DNA of 64,000 nt from a virus (IMGVR_UViG_3300029288_000012:1620-65619); one strand, 5' to 3'. Positions 16,102-24,275 are shown, numbered from the stretch's first letter. Translations and numbers: made by a program. Notes: generated by a model not told the origin, from the letters alone.

Positions 16102-16135
16102 TTGACAATCCCTTGACATTCTGATAGAATGTCAA
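16102..16135 (+). promoter_or_regulatory. Promoter TTGACA-17-TAGAAT overlapped by a perfect 23-bp operator-like palindrome
   Basis: TTGACATTCT-GAT-AGAATGTCAA at 16113-16135. Confidence 0.75.
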
Positions 16136-16153
16136 TCAAGGAGACAGTAACCA

Positions 16154-16402
16154 ATGATTATTTCAGCCAAATTCAAAGTGATGCACGTCGGATATCCTAT
16201 CGCCGGTCGAAATATCCGGGGAGACGAATGGAAGGTCTATTCCGTTCACAAAACGGGATCGGCAGCGGTCAAAGCGATTCGCCGGGCAAAGGCGCACCTT
16301 CAGCCCGGCCAATGGGACGATCATTATATGATTGTCGACGAACACGGGCGCGACGTGACCGACGAGGTTTATCATGCCGAAGAAATGAAAGGATGGGCAT
16401 AA
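16154..16402 (+). CDS. Hypothetical protein, paralog of 13036-13311
   Basis: RBS AAGGAG. Confidence 0.75.
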   Translation: MIISAKFKVMHVGYPIAGRNIRGDEWKVYSVHKTGSAAVKAIRRAKAHLQPGQWDDHYMIVDEHGRDVTDEVYHAEEMKGWA

Positions 16403-16669
16403 ATGAAGAACTTCGAATTTTATAACTATTGGATGTTGAAGAAATCGTTCGTTCGTGCCGCCGCCGTTGCCGTGAGTATCGCCAAGGGAAAAGCCGCGCG
16501 AGCCTTGCGCTCCAATTGGCTTGACGCTGCAACTCAGGCCATGCCGGAATTGACCAAAGCCGCGCGAATGGCGAATTCATTCGGCGATTACAGCGAGATT
16601 GACGCGCAGATCGCCGAAGCAATGAAGGCGGAAGGTATCACCGATGAATCGATCTGGAACATCGGCTAG
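16403..16669 (+). CDS. Hypothetical protein
   Basis: Abuts the upstream stop codon. Confidence 0.7.
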   Translation: MKNFEFYNYWMLKKSFVRAAAVAVSIAKGKAARALRSNWLDAATQAMPELTKAARMANSFGDYSEIDAQIAEAMKAEGITDESIWNIG

Positions 16670-16699
16670 CTAACAATCTGGCGAAGTTCGCCAGCTATC

Positions 16700-16735
16700 G
16701 CCGCCTGGACCCTACGAGCCAGGCGGCTTCTTTTT
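16700..16735 (+). terminator. Intrinsic terminator
   Basis: GCCGCCTGG / CCAGGCGGC stem followed by TTCTTTTT. Confidence 0.75.
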
Positions 16736-16747
16736 GGGGCCAGGCGA

Positions 16748-16817
16748 AAACTCTAATCTGATTCTAATCTTTCTGATGGCGAATCTGATTGACATTCTTA
16801 TAGTATGCGCGTATAAT
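16748..16817 (+). promoter_or_regulatory. Cassette promoter TTGACA-17-TATAAT with TCTAATCT x2
   Basis: -35 at 16789-16794, -10 at 16812-16817. Confidence 0.85.
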
Positions 16818-16860
16818 AAGAGAGTAAGACCGTCAGTCAGAAACAACTAGGAGATAGAAG

Positions 16861-17178
16861 ATGACCAGCCGCAACCAGATCCCCGGCGAAGCAAAAGACG
16901 AACGAGAAATCAAGTGCGTTTTGACTATGATCGCCGCTGCAAGCGAATCGACCGAAATCAGCCAATTCGCGTTCGACATTCGTTTGAGCCGATACGCCAG
17001 GAAGTACAACTTCTTCGCGGCGAAGAAGGGTATGCGCCCTTCCAGCCCCTTCATGACGAAGGTCGCCGCGATCTTCGAGAACCACAGCAACGGCCGCGAG
17101 ATGAGCCAGGCCGGCCGCACGGAATTGATGACAATAGCGCGAGAAGAATTGTCCCACTTGCGCAAGATAGGAAACTAG
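16861..17178 (+). CDS. Hypothetical protein
   Basis: RBS AGGAG after cassette promoter. Confidence 0.75.
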   Translation: MTSRNQIPGEAKDEREIKCVLTMIAAASESTEISQFAFDIRLSRYARKYNFFAAKKGMRPSSPFMTKVAAIFENHSNGREMSQAGRTELMTIAREELSHLRKIGN

Positions 17179-17180
17179 CC

Positions 17181-17465
17181 ATGAATAAAATCGATATCGT
17201 TATTCTTGATTCGCAGCAGAAAGAAGGCTGCTGGGTCATCGACAGCGCCACTTACAATACTGCCATCGGCGCAAGCGTTACGCGTCTTGCTAGTTTAATC
17301 GTGCGCAGCTTGAACACAGATGGCGCCACGGCCGTTTACGTCGCCGTGACCAAGACCATCTCCACCGAGAAGACCGTTCGCACGACCGCCCAGGCTACCA
17401 TCACGGTCGGAGATAGCGACGGTGTTTATAATGCCATCGTTGAAGCCATCAGTCGTGCAATCTGA
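17181..17465 (+). CDS. Hypothetical protein
   Basis: Start MNKID, 2 nt after the previous stop. Confidence 0.65.
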   Translation: MNKIDIVILDSQQKEGCWVIDSATYNTAIGASVTRLASLIVRSLNTDGATAVYVAVTKTISTEKTVRTTAQATITVGDSDGVYNAIVEAISRAI

Positions 17466-17478
17466 CGGCACAGGCCTC

Positions 17479-17507
17479 TTGACACAGAACAGGCAAAGTT
17501 ATAGAAT
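17479..17507 (+). promoter_or_regulatory. Promoter TTGACA-17-TAGAAT
   Basis: Boxes read directly; RBS GGAG follows. Confidence 0.6.
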
Positions 17508-17541
17508 AGAGCCAGATCAATCACCTATGGAGACAGAGCGA

Positions 17542-17937
17542 ATGAAACTCAAATTGAAGATCACGGTCGGAGCAAGGACGGGAATCCGCGTTGAAGACGA
17601 AATGACCTTCGACATGGCGATCCCCTTATCAGCAGAATACTTCTGGACGAAGTTAGCCGAATGGATAGCGAGCCACAGAAGCCGGGTTGACGCGAGCGCG
17701 ACCGCTTCAGCTAAAACCCTGAAGGACATTGACCAGGACGGTTTAGGCGCGTCATGGTGGATCGTTTCAGTTACGCCGGCAGCGAAAAGTCAAACTGACT
17801 TCAAGCAAACCAGATCGTTTGACACGACAGGCAGTATCGGATTTGACGCCCAGCTTGCCGTGACCGCCTTTACTGAATGCGTTATGGACGTATGCGCGCA
17901 AGCCCGCTGGGTAGGAAGTAGCGACAATAATGGGTAA
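17542..17937 (+). CDS. Hypothetical protein
   Basis: RBS GGAG before MKLKLK. Confidence 0.65.
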   Translation: MKLKLKITVGARTGIRVEDEMTFDMAIPLSAEYFWTKLAEWIASHRSRVDASATASAKTLKDIDQDGLGASWWIVSVTPAAKSQTDFKQTRSFDTTGSIGFDAQLAVTAFTECVMDVCAQARWVGSSDNNG

Positions 17938-18709
17938 AGTTATGTTTGGGGCTATTCTCGCGACGATCGCCTTTGCGATCCTGCTATCGTTCTTCGCGCC
18001 TTTACGCCCTGAAGATTCAGGGATTGGCGAATTGTCGAGCCTGCCTGAAGCCGGCGAGAAGACAATCGCGCTCGGCGCTATCTGTCTCGGCCTGCCACTT
18101 TGCGCCGCGTTCGTTTATGGATTCTTCTACCTCTGGACTCTCGCGGTCGGGACCGGTGGCAGAGGTTACACGGGAATCGAAGAAATCAAAATCGGAGAAC
18201 GCGGATTTGACCGAAAGTCCGGTCTTTATTATGTCGATATCGCTACAAGCGATTCATCCGCTTCTTTCGCCCGGCGTCTCGCTACGATCAACGCTGGCGA
18301 GTATGACGGTCTTCCAGGGGCTACACGATTCGTCAACCTGCAAGAAACCTCGCCCGGCGTGAAAGGGACAACGCTGCATCATTGGCGAATTCTCGGAACA
18401 GCCGACCCAAAGATTCTAGCGAGAAACGCAGCCTGGGCATGGTCACAGGCCAACGGTCGAATCGCGAAAGAAGACCGGATTCAAACGTGGGATGATTACA
18501 GGGGCTACACTCAGGCAGATATCGACATGACGGGCGGCAAGCAACCTCGCCTCGCCCGGCATATGGTGACCCGTCACAGACCGGGAAGCTATTCGGCAGA
18601 TCGCACAGTCGAGGTCGATTCGACCGATACGGGTTGCGCGATTATTGCTATATCAGCTATCGCAACGTTCGCGATTGAAATCGCAATCTGGTTTATCTTC
18701 CTCGGATAA
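17930..18709 (+). CDS. Membrane protein (two N-terminal and one C-terminal TM)
   Basis: Hydrophobic segments flanking a soluble domain. Confidence 0.7.
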   Translation: MGKVMFGAILATIAFAILLSFFAPLRPEDSGIGELSSLPEAGEKTIALGAICLGLPLCAAFVYGFFYLWTLAVGTGGRGYTGIEEIKIGERGFDRKSGLYYVDIATSDSSASFARRLATINAGEYDGLPGATRFVNLQETSPGVKGTTLHHWRILGTADPKILARNAAWAWSQANGRIAKEDRIQTWDDYRGYTQADIDMTGGKQPRLARHMVTRHRPGSYSADRTVEVDSTDTGCAIIAISAIATFAIEIAIWFIFLG

Positions 18710-18712
18710 AAA

Positions 18713-18772
18713 AAACTCTAATCTTCCTCTAATCCTATAACCCTTGACACTATATAAGGATGATACTACAAT
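18713..18772 (+). promoter_or_regulatory. Cassette promoter TTGACA-17-TACAAT with TCTAATC x2
   Basis: -35 at 18744-18749, -10 at 18767-18772. Confidence 0.75.
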
Positions 18773-18778
18773 AGGGGC

Positions 18779-18990
18779 ATAAGAGAACGAGAAGCGGAAC
18801 GAAGGCGAAATAGACTTCGCCACCTGACACCAGGAACCGACCCCCCGGATAGATAATACTACCGGCAGAAACCAAAGGCCCATACCGGGTACAAAGTTCG
18901 GACCGCCCTCTTGCTAGCCACGACCCTGCATTAGGACTATCGGGCAGCAGAAAGAAAAGACCTTGATCGGACGCGATCAAGGTCTTTTTG
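18779..18990 (+). ncRNA. Candidate stand-alone small RNA, about 210 nt
   Basis: Promoter upstream, terminator downstream, no ATG on the + strand between them, several hairpins. Confidence 0.55.
18955..18990 (+). terminator. Intrinsic terminator
   Basis: AAAAGACCTTGATCG-GACG-CGATCAAGGTCTTTTT. Confidence 0.8.
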
Positions 18991-19020
18991 ATTCTCGGAT
19001 ATGGAGCCAGGGGCCAGGCG

Positions 19021-19091
19021 AAAACTCTAATCTAATTCTAATCTTTCTTTGCCCTAAATCGCTTGACATTCTTATAGTATGCGCGTATAAT
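19021..19091 (+). promoter_or_regulatory. Cassette promoter TTGACA-17-TATAAT with TCTAATCT x2
   Basis: -35 at 19063-19068, -10 at 19086-19091. Confidence 0.85.
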
Positions 19092-19132
19092 AAGAGAGTA
19101 AGGTCAATCAGTCAAACAACCAGGAGCCAGAA

Positions 19133-19465
19133 ATGACTAGCACAAACCAAACCCCCAGCAGCAAGAAAGACGGTACTCGGAAGCGCGAAGCCTACAACGG
19201 CGACGTTGTAACGGTTTGCTTCACCTTCGAAGCCGCCGTTCGCTTTTCTGAAGAGATGGTCGCCGGCGGTCATGATGGCGAATGGGTAGAGTATGACTTC
19301 ACCGGCTTCCCCGAGGAACAGGCCAAGTGGGACGCCTTTCAGGACGCCCGCAGAGCCGCCCAGGCCGCGCAAGAGCCATGGTTCGCAGAGGATTGGAGCA
19401 ATCAGCCTACCGAGACAAACACCTGGGCGCCAGAGCCTGACTTCTCATTCAACGGCGACTTCTAG
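19133..19465 (+). CDS. Hypothetical acidic protein
   Basis: RBS AGGAG; N-terminus MTSTNQTP. Confidence 0.75.
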   Translation: MTSTNQTPSSKKDGTRKREAYNGDVVTVCFTFEAAVRFSEEMVAGGHDGEWVEYDFTGFPEEQAKWDAFQDARRAAQAAQEPWFAEDWSNQPTETNTWAPEPDFSFNGDF

Positions 19466-19481
19466 CAGAAAGGGAATCGAA

Positions 19482-19847
19482 ATGAATATGAATTTCGATA
19501 TTATCTTCATCACCAAAGCAAACGGCCAATTTATTGCCGAATGGCGACGGAACAACGTCGGGCAATCAGCCCGCACCGGCAAAACGCCTTCGGCCGCTAT
19601 TGACGCCGTGATCGCTGCAAACAAGCAACTTGAATCAGCGATTATCTACTGTAGATACGCAAACGACAAATCGCGGATCTATGTCACAGAAATCAGCGGC
19701 AAGAATGTATTCCAAGCGACTCTGACTATCAACGGCGGCTTTGTCTCCGTCGCGTCCGGCGAGACACGCGAGCAAGCGATCAAGCTGGTCACGCGATCGG
19801 CTACAATGCGCGGCTTCAAAACGAACCAGATCGAGGTGGAAGGATGA
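19482..19847 (+). CDS. Protein with two HicB-N-terminal-like repeats (tentative)
   Basis: FIAEW...TGKTPSAAI and FQATL...SGETREQAI. Confidence 0.55.
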   Translation: MNMNFDIIFITKANGQFIAEWRRNNVGQSARTGKTPSAAIDAVIAANKQLESAIIYCRYANDKSRIYVTEISGKNVFQATLTINGGFVSVASGETREQAIKLVTRSATMRGFKTNQIEVEG

Positions 19848-20161
19848 AGGATTATTCAGGCAATCGACCGCCAGATCGCCGCCTTGAAGACGGGCGCGGC
19901 GTATGGCACTTCGTTGAAACCGGCGTCATTGTTGACGCCGGGCCAGGTCCCCTGGGTCAGGATGGGGGCGAGTACCTCACCGACGATCAATTCAATGAAC
20001 AGATTGAATCGCTGCAAGGCCACCCTCGGATGATCAACAGCCTGAAGAAGCGCGCCACGCGTGTTATTCGGGAATACGACATGATCTTCGAATCGATCGC
20101 GCAAGAGCGGATCGCCTATGGCAGAGCCTACCGCTGCAACGAAACTTATAAGCGCGCTTGA
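19844..20161 (+). CDS. Hypothetical protein
   Basis: ATGA coupling. Confidence 0.65.
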   Translation: MKDYSGNRPPDRRLEDGRGVWHFVETGVIVDAGPGPLGQDGGEYLTDDQFNEQIESLQGHPRMINSLKKRATRVIREYDMIFESIAQERIAYGRAYRCNETYKRA

Positions 20162-20186
20162 CACGCTATAAGCATGTCGGTATAAT
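20158..20186 (+). promoter_or_regulatory. Cassette-type promoter TTGACA-17-TATAAT (no upstream repeat)
   Basis: Spacer ATAAGCATGTCGG shared with the 23224 and 25734 copies. Confidence 0.8.
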
Positions 20187-20219
20187 GAAATCAGCAACTA
20201 ATCAAAACAGGAGCCAGAG

Positions 20220-20549
20220 ATGAAGAAACAAAAGCAGAAACAGAATACAGAAGAAATTATACTGAAAGAAATCATTCCAAACCGAGGTATCGGCGGCGAA
20301 GAATATCATGCGATTCTCGCTTCTCGAATGACGGAGCAAGACTTTTCAATTCGTAACCAGTTCGGAACCTACGTCCGAATCGGCGGATCGCCACAGCTTT
20401 ATCGGGTTATGAAGGTTTATCAAGGTATGGTCGTTTTATTCGCCGATACCGGCGAATGCGCTCCAATCATGGTGACGCCGGGAGAAATTACAGAGCCTTT
20501 CGCGGTAAACGAAAACGAAACGAAATGGGGATTCGTTCGCTATGGGTAA
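20220..20549 (+). CDS. Hypothetical protein
   Basis: RBS AGGAG. Confidence 0.7.
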   Translation: MKKQKQKQNTEEIILKEIIPNRGIGGEEYHAILASRMTEQDFSIRNQFGTYVRIGGSPQLYRVMKVYQGMVVLFADTGECAPIMVTPGEITEPFAVNENETKWGFVRYG

Positions 20550-20826
20550 ACAGCAGCCAGGCAGCAGCAAACAGCACATCACTTCAAGTGAGGTGGTAGC
20601 AATTGTCACAGATGAAGCCCTGTTCCCTGAATGGCTAATTGCCGTGAATGACCAAACATTCGAGGTGTGGGCGCTCGGCATGAGGAACACGAGCAAGGCC
20701 GGGAGCCGGCAGCAATTGGGGATCGCTGCAAGCGAATCGGTTATTGACCAGATTCGCAGCGTAGGGACGCTGCAAGAGGTAAAGGACATTTTACGAAAGG
20801 AGTACCAGGACAATGCCCAGGATTGA
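20542..20826 (+). CDS. Hypothetical protein
   Basis: Overlap-coupled. Confidence 0.6.
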   Translation: MGKQQPGSSKQHITSSEVVAIVTDEALFPEWLIAVNDQTFEVWALGMRNTSKAGSRQQLGIAASESVIDQIRSVGTLQEVKDILRKEYQDNAQD

Positions 20827-21052
20827 AATGTTTCAAGATCACGGGATCGAATTCGAGGTCGCGGATCTATCTATTGAAGGCTATCTGATTGTTGACGGCC
20901 GGCGCATCAATGCTTTCTTTCGCGGCAAGAAAACCGCTACTACAAAGATGGTAGCGGCGTATCGCAAAGCATCGCGACACGCTAATCGCCTGGAATGGGA
21001 GAAAGCCCTTTTCGCCCTGCAAGACGCCGGGATGAATCCGCGATTCGTGTAG
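20813..21052 (+). CDS. Hypothetical protein
   Basis: Overlap-coupled, RBS AGGAG/AGGA. Confidence 0.65.
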   Translation: MPRIEMFQDHGIEFEVADLSIEGYLIVDGRRINAFFRGKKTATTKMVAAYRKASRHANRLEWEKALFALQDAGMNPRFV

Positions 21053-21083
21053 AGCCAGATCAACCTCTCTGGCCAGAGCAAGG

Positions 21084-21112
21084 AAAAGCCGCCAAAGACC
21101 CAGGCGGCTTTT
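21084..21112 (+). terminator. Intrinsic terminator
   Basis: AAAAGCCGCC / GGCGGCTTTT. Confidence 0.65.
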
Positions 21113-21126
21113 CTGATTCTGTTAGA

Positions 21127-21184
21127 AACTCTAATCTAATTCTAATCTTCAGCTATTGACATTCTTATAGTATGCGCGTATAAT
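21127..21184 (+). promoter_or_regulatory. Cassette promoter TTGACA-17-TATAAT with TCTAATCT x2
   Basis: -35 at 21156-21161, -10 at 21179-21184. Confidence 0.85.
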
Positions 21185-21229
21185 AAGAGTATAAGAAAGT
21201 CAGTCAGAAATCAAACAGGAGCCAGAGCC

Positions 21230-21556
21230 ATGACCAGCAAAACCCAAACCCAAACCACCGCCTTCGCCTTCGTTGAAACCGGACCCGACCAGGTCTTCAA
21301 GGTCGAATTCGACACGACCACCGGCGAGGTCGTGAGCCAGTTCGGAGTAGACAGCTTCGGCGAAGAAACCGAAACCCCTGTCACCGTCAAGGCGGTTTGC
21401 CCCACCTGCGGCGGGACTCAGTTCTTCTCAGCCTTTGAGGGCGAGAAGGGCGAAGAAACCGAAGTTTGCCGCTGCCAAGCCTGCAAGAGCGAAGTCAAGG
21501 CCGCCGACGTTGACTTCGGCTTCGTTCCTGACTTTGACGGTCAGGCCGACTTCTAA
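21230..21556 (+). CDS. Acidic Zn-ribbon protein
   Basis: CPTC...CQAC. Confidence 0.75.
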   Translation: MTSKTQTQTTAFAFVETGPDQVFKVEFDTTTGEVVSQFGVDSFGEETETPVTVKAVCPTCGGTQFFSAFEGEKGEETEVCRCQACKSEVKAADVDFGFVPDFDGQADF

Positions 21557-21621
21557 ACCTCATTCAGCCAAAGCCTAGCCCTGCAATAACCAGGGCTAGG
21601 CAGAAAGAAAGGATCAATCAA

Positions 21622-21834
21622 ATGCCCATCAGCCTTTATACCTTCACCGCCAGCCCAATTGACGCGACTTCAGTCGCTATGGCCGCCGGCGCCACCGTCG
21701 TGAATATCGAGCCTTGCGAAACCTGCCAGGCCACCTATAAGGTGACCGCGACTTTTGAGAGCCTTCGGCCTCTCGGCCTGACCGCCCTGGCCGAAGCCGG
21801 CTTCGCGTTCAAGGACATGAACGCGAGTGAATAA
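21622..21834 (+). CDS. Hypothetical protein
   Basis: RBS AAGGA. Confidence 0.65.
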   Translation: MPISLYTFTASPIDATSVAMAAGATVVNIEPCETCQATYKVTATFESLRPLGLTALAEAGFAFKDMNASE

Positions 21835-22072
21835 GCCCAAAAAACAAGGCTGGCCGCATTGCCCTAAATGCGGCCAGCCTGCAATCATGCTTCGAGAGGT
21901 TTGGCGCGCTTATCCTGTAATAACCTGGGTCGCTGGCAGCTTATACGAAGATGGAATAAAACAGGAAGACGAAGGCGAGCCAGACCACGTCGTCGCCGTT
22001 TGCAAATGCCGGCATTCGTGGCGTTTGCGAGGTCGGTCGCAGATTGAAGAATCGTGGTTCGATAAAGGATAA
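21827..22072 (+). CDS. Zn-ribbon protein
   Basis: CPKC...CKCRHSW; start probably GTG. Confidence 0.65.
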   Translation: MNKPKKQGWPHCPKCGQPAIMLREVWRAYPVITWVAGSLYEDGIKQEDEGEPDHVVAVCKCRHSWRLRGRSQIEESWFDKG

Positions 22073-22076
22073 AATC

Positions 22077-22529
22077 ATGGATATCAAATACCTACCACTT
22101 ATGAACGATCAACAGATATACGCCCTGAAGCCTGGGGATCGCATCAACCTCGGCGCAGATGGGGTCGCCATTGTCGGGAAGCGAGCGCGGCCGAATGCGT
22201 CAGAGCCACTTCGCTGGCCAGTATGGGTCAGGAAGAATCGCGAATTGCAAGTCTTGCCGGCCTATATGTTACGCCGGGCGAGCCTGGACCTCACGCCGGC
22301 TTTATACTGTAGCCTATGTTACAGAATGGCGCCGCTCGGCTATATTCGATACTACGAACGCGAAAAGCACGGCGGCGCGATATCGCTTGACCCGGTTTGC
22401 GATTATTGCGCCCTGTTACTCGAAGATCAATACGTCGCCTGGCTAAACGCGAATATAAAAGACAGATCGCAGCGAGAAGCCCTGTTAGCCGAATGGCGAA
22501 AGCGCCGGATGGGAGCGAACAAACTCTAA
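22077..22529 (+). CDS. Hypothetical protein with Zn finger
   Basis: CSLC...CDYC; RBS AAGGA before MDIKY. Confidence 0.65.
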   Translation: MDIKYLPLMNDQQIYALKPGDRINLGADGVAIVGKRARPNASEPLRWPVWVRKNRELQVLPAYMLRRASLDLTPALYCSLCYRMAPLGYIRYYEREKHGGAISLDPVCDYCALLLEDQYVAWLNANIKDRSQREALLAEWRKRRMGANKL

Positions 22530-22579
22530 TCTAATTCTAATCTAAACCTATTGCCTTTCTTATAGGATATCACTATAAT
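22521..22579 (+). promoter_or_regulatory. Cassette promoter TTGCCT-17-TATAAT with TCTAATCT x2
   Basis: -35 at 22551-22556, -10 at 22574-22579. Confidence 0.75.
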
Positions 22580-22610
22580 ATATATAAGAAAGGCAATCAG
22601 GAGCCAGAAG

Positions 22611-22835
22611 ATGACAAGCACAAACCAAACCCCCAAATACCAGATCCCCGAAGTCGGGCAGTTCGACCAGATGAGCGAAGCCCGCGAAACCGTTCGCATG
22701 AGCCTGTTCAATCAGATAGTCGAAGCGACCGGCGAATTCACCGCCGAAGCCTGGACCGCCGCCAAAGCCGCAGCGCGAACAGCCCTGCAAGGTCGAAGCG
22801 ACAGCATGAGCCAGATCGTTGCCATGACTTTCTAG
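22611..22835 (+). CDS. Hypothetical protein
   Basis: RBS AGGAG; N-terminus MTSTNQTP. Confidence 0.75.
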   Translation: MTSTNQTPKYQIPEVGQFDQMSEARETVRMSLFNQIVEATGEFTAEAWTAAKAAARTALQGRSDSMSQIVAMTF

Positions 22836-22922
22836 GCCAATCAAGCCGAGCAAGCGACAAGCAGAATCAGCCTGGGGCGAACCAAACTGGCGAAGTTCGC
22901 CAAGCAGCAAAGGAAGGAATCA

Positions 22923-23135
22923 ATGAGGAAGACCAACAGTCAGAGCAACACACCGCCGCGACGATATCAGCCGTGGCAGCGAGTCCGCTTGAAGAATAGC
23001 AGCGAAGCAAAGTGCTATATCCAGGGATTCGCTTATTATCACTATCAGAGCGGCGAATGGCGCTACATCATAGCAAACAAAACGACCGGGGTTACTCTCG
23101 ACGTGGGGGAGAGCGAATTAGAGCCGTTCGAATAG
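22923..23135 (+). CDS. Small SH3/KOW-like beta-barrel protein (tentative)
   Basis: YQPWQRVRL...YII...ESELEP pattern; RBS AAGGA. Confidence 0.6.
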   Translation: MRKTNSQSNTPPRRYQPWQRVRLKNSSEAKCYIQGFAYYHYQSGEWRYIIANKTTGVTLDVGESELEPFE

Positions 23136-23181
23136 CAGCGATCTGGAAGGGCCAGGTCTTTGGATCGTTAGGGCCAGGTCC

Positions 23182-23252
23182 AAAACTCTAATCTAATTCT
23201 AATCTTTCTGATGGCGAATCCGCTTGACATTATATAAGCATGTCGGTATAAT
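23182..23252 (+). promoter_or_regulatory. Cassette promoter TTGACA-17-TATAAT with TCTAATCT x2
   Basis: -35 at 23224-23229, -10 at 23247-23252. Confidence 0.85.
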
Positions 23253-23298
23253 AAGAGAGTAAGACAGTCAGTCAGAAATCAAACGAGGAGCCAGAGAG

Positions 23299-23550
23299 AT
23301 GGAATACAGCAACTTCTACATTATCGATACAGCCACCGGCAAGCCAGTAGCTTGCGCCAACACCGCCGAAGAAGCCCAGGCTATCGCCGACCGCTATTTC
23401 ACGATCGAAGCCTCGGTCGTGTCAATCGATACTATCTGCGAGAAGATGGTCGAAGACGTTGCTTTTGACCCAATCTGGTTCGCCTTCATCACTCGCCAAA
23501 CCGCCTTCGGCGCCAGCGGGATGGTCAACGTCCAGAAAGAAGGAATCTAA
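23299..23550 (+). CDS. Hypothetical protein
   Basis: RBS GAGGAG. Confidence 0.75.
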   Translation: MEYSNFYIIDTATGKPVACANTAEEAQAIADRYFTIEASVVSIDTICEKMVEDVAFDPIWFAFITRQTAFGASGMVNVQKEGI

Positions 23551-23551
23551 A

Positions 23552-23974
23552 ATGTCCCTGAATAATGTCAGTATTGAAGTTTATGAAACCGCCTTCGGCG
23601 TGATCGAAACCCTGAAGGCCAGCCGGAAGCCTGGCCGTTACTACGTCACAGCGAACGGCGGCAAGGTTGTCGGGATCGTCACACCGGCCGAATTGAAGCG
23701 GGCGATCGAAGCCGGTCACCAGCCGAAAGTGATCTTTCGGTTTACCCAGGCGAAAGATGGGACGATCAATTATTACAATTTCAAATTGTCGGTACTTCGC
23801 CTGATTATTGAAAACTCGGCCACGCTGCAAGGCAGCTACAAGGTGATGCAATTCGACGACGGGCGTATCACGATCGCACCTGCTAATGGTCATTATGTCG
23901 CCGGCAATCTGGTCTTTCGGTTTATCAAAACGCCGAGCATGACCTATTATCTGCCAACAGGTGCGGAAAGGTAG
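23552..23974 (+). CDS. Hypothetical protein
   Basis: RBS AAGGA before MSLNN. Confidence 0.7.
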   Translation: MSLNNVSIEVYETAFGVIETLKASRKPGRYYVTANGGKVVGIVTPAELKRAIEAGHQPKVIFRFTQAKDGTINYYNFKLSVLRLIIENSATLQGSYKVMQFDDGRITIAPANGHYVAGNLVFRFIKTPSMTYYLPTGAER

Positions 23975-24011
23975 GGGCAATCCAAAGTAAGCCGGCGAAT
24001 AACGCAGATCA

Positions 24012-24106
24012 ACCACTCCCCCACCCCGGCAAGGTGTCTATGAGGTCAATATCAACCGGTAAAGCCCTGACACGCACGCAGTTCGAGCCTGGGGTGGGGG
24101 AGCGGT
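24012..24106 (+). ncRNA. Candidate structured RNA with 18-bp closing stem and a T-loop-like motif
   Basis: ACCACTCCCCCACCCCGG pairs with CTGGGGTGGGGGAGCGGT; inner GTGTC/GACAC stem; GTTCGAG at 24081-24087. Confidence 0.4.
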
Positions 24107-24178
24107 AGGGTCCAGGCAGATGGGGCCAGGTTCGGAGCCAGAAGCCCAGCTTGTCGCTGGCGATTCGGATTCTGTTAG

Positions 24179-24238
24179 AAACTCTAATCTAATTCTAATC
24201 TTTCTGCTATTGACATTCTTATAGTGTGGGCGTATAAT
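24179..24238 (+). promoter_or_regulatory. Cassette promoter TTGACA-17-TATAAT with TCTAATCT x2
   Basis: -35 at 24210-24215, -10 at 24233-24238. Confidence 0.85.
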
Positions 24239-24275
24239 ATAGATAGTTAAGTCATTCGGAAACAGGAGATCAGAA

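Noticed and set aside
16914-17180. 5-prime extensions of ORFs 16914-17465, 19293-19847, 23459-23974, 24925-25416 and 48706-50544
   Set aside because: They overlap upstream genes in another frame; better RBS-supported internal starts were used
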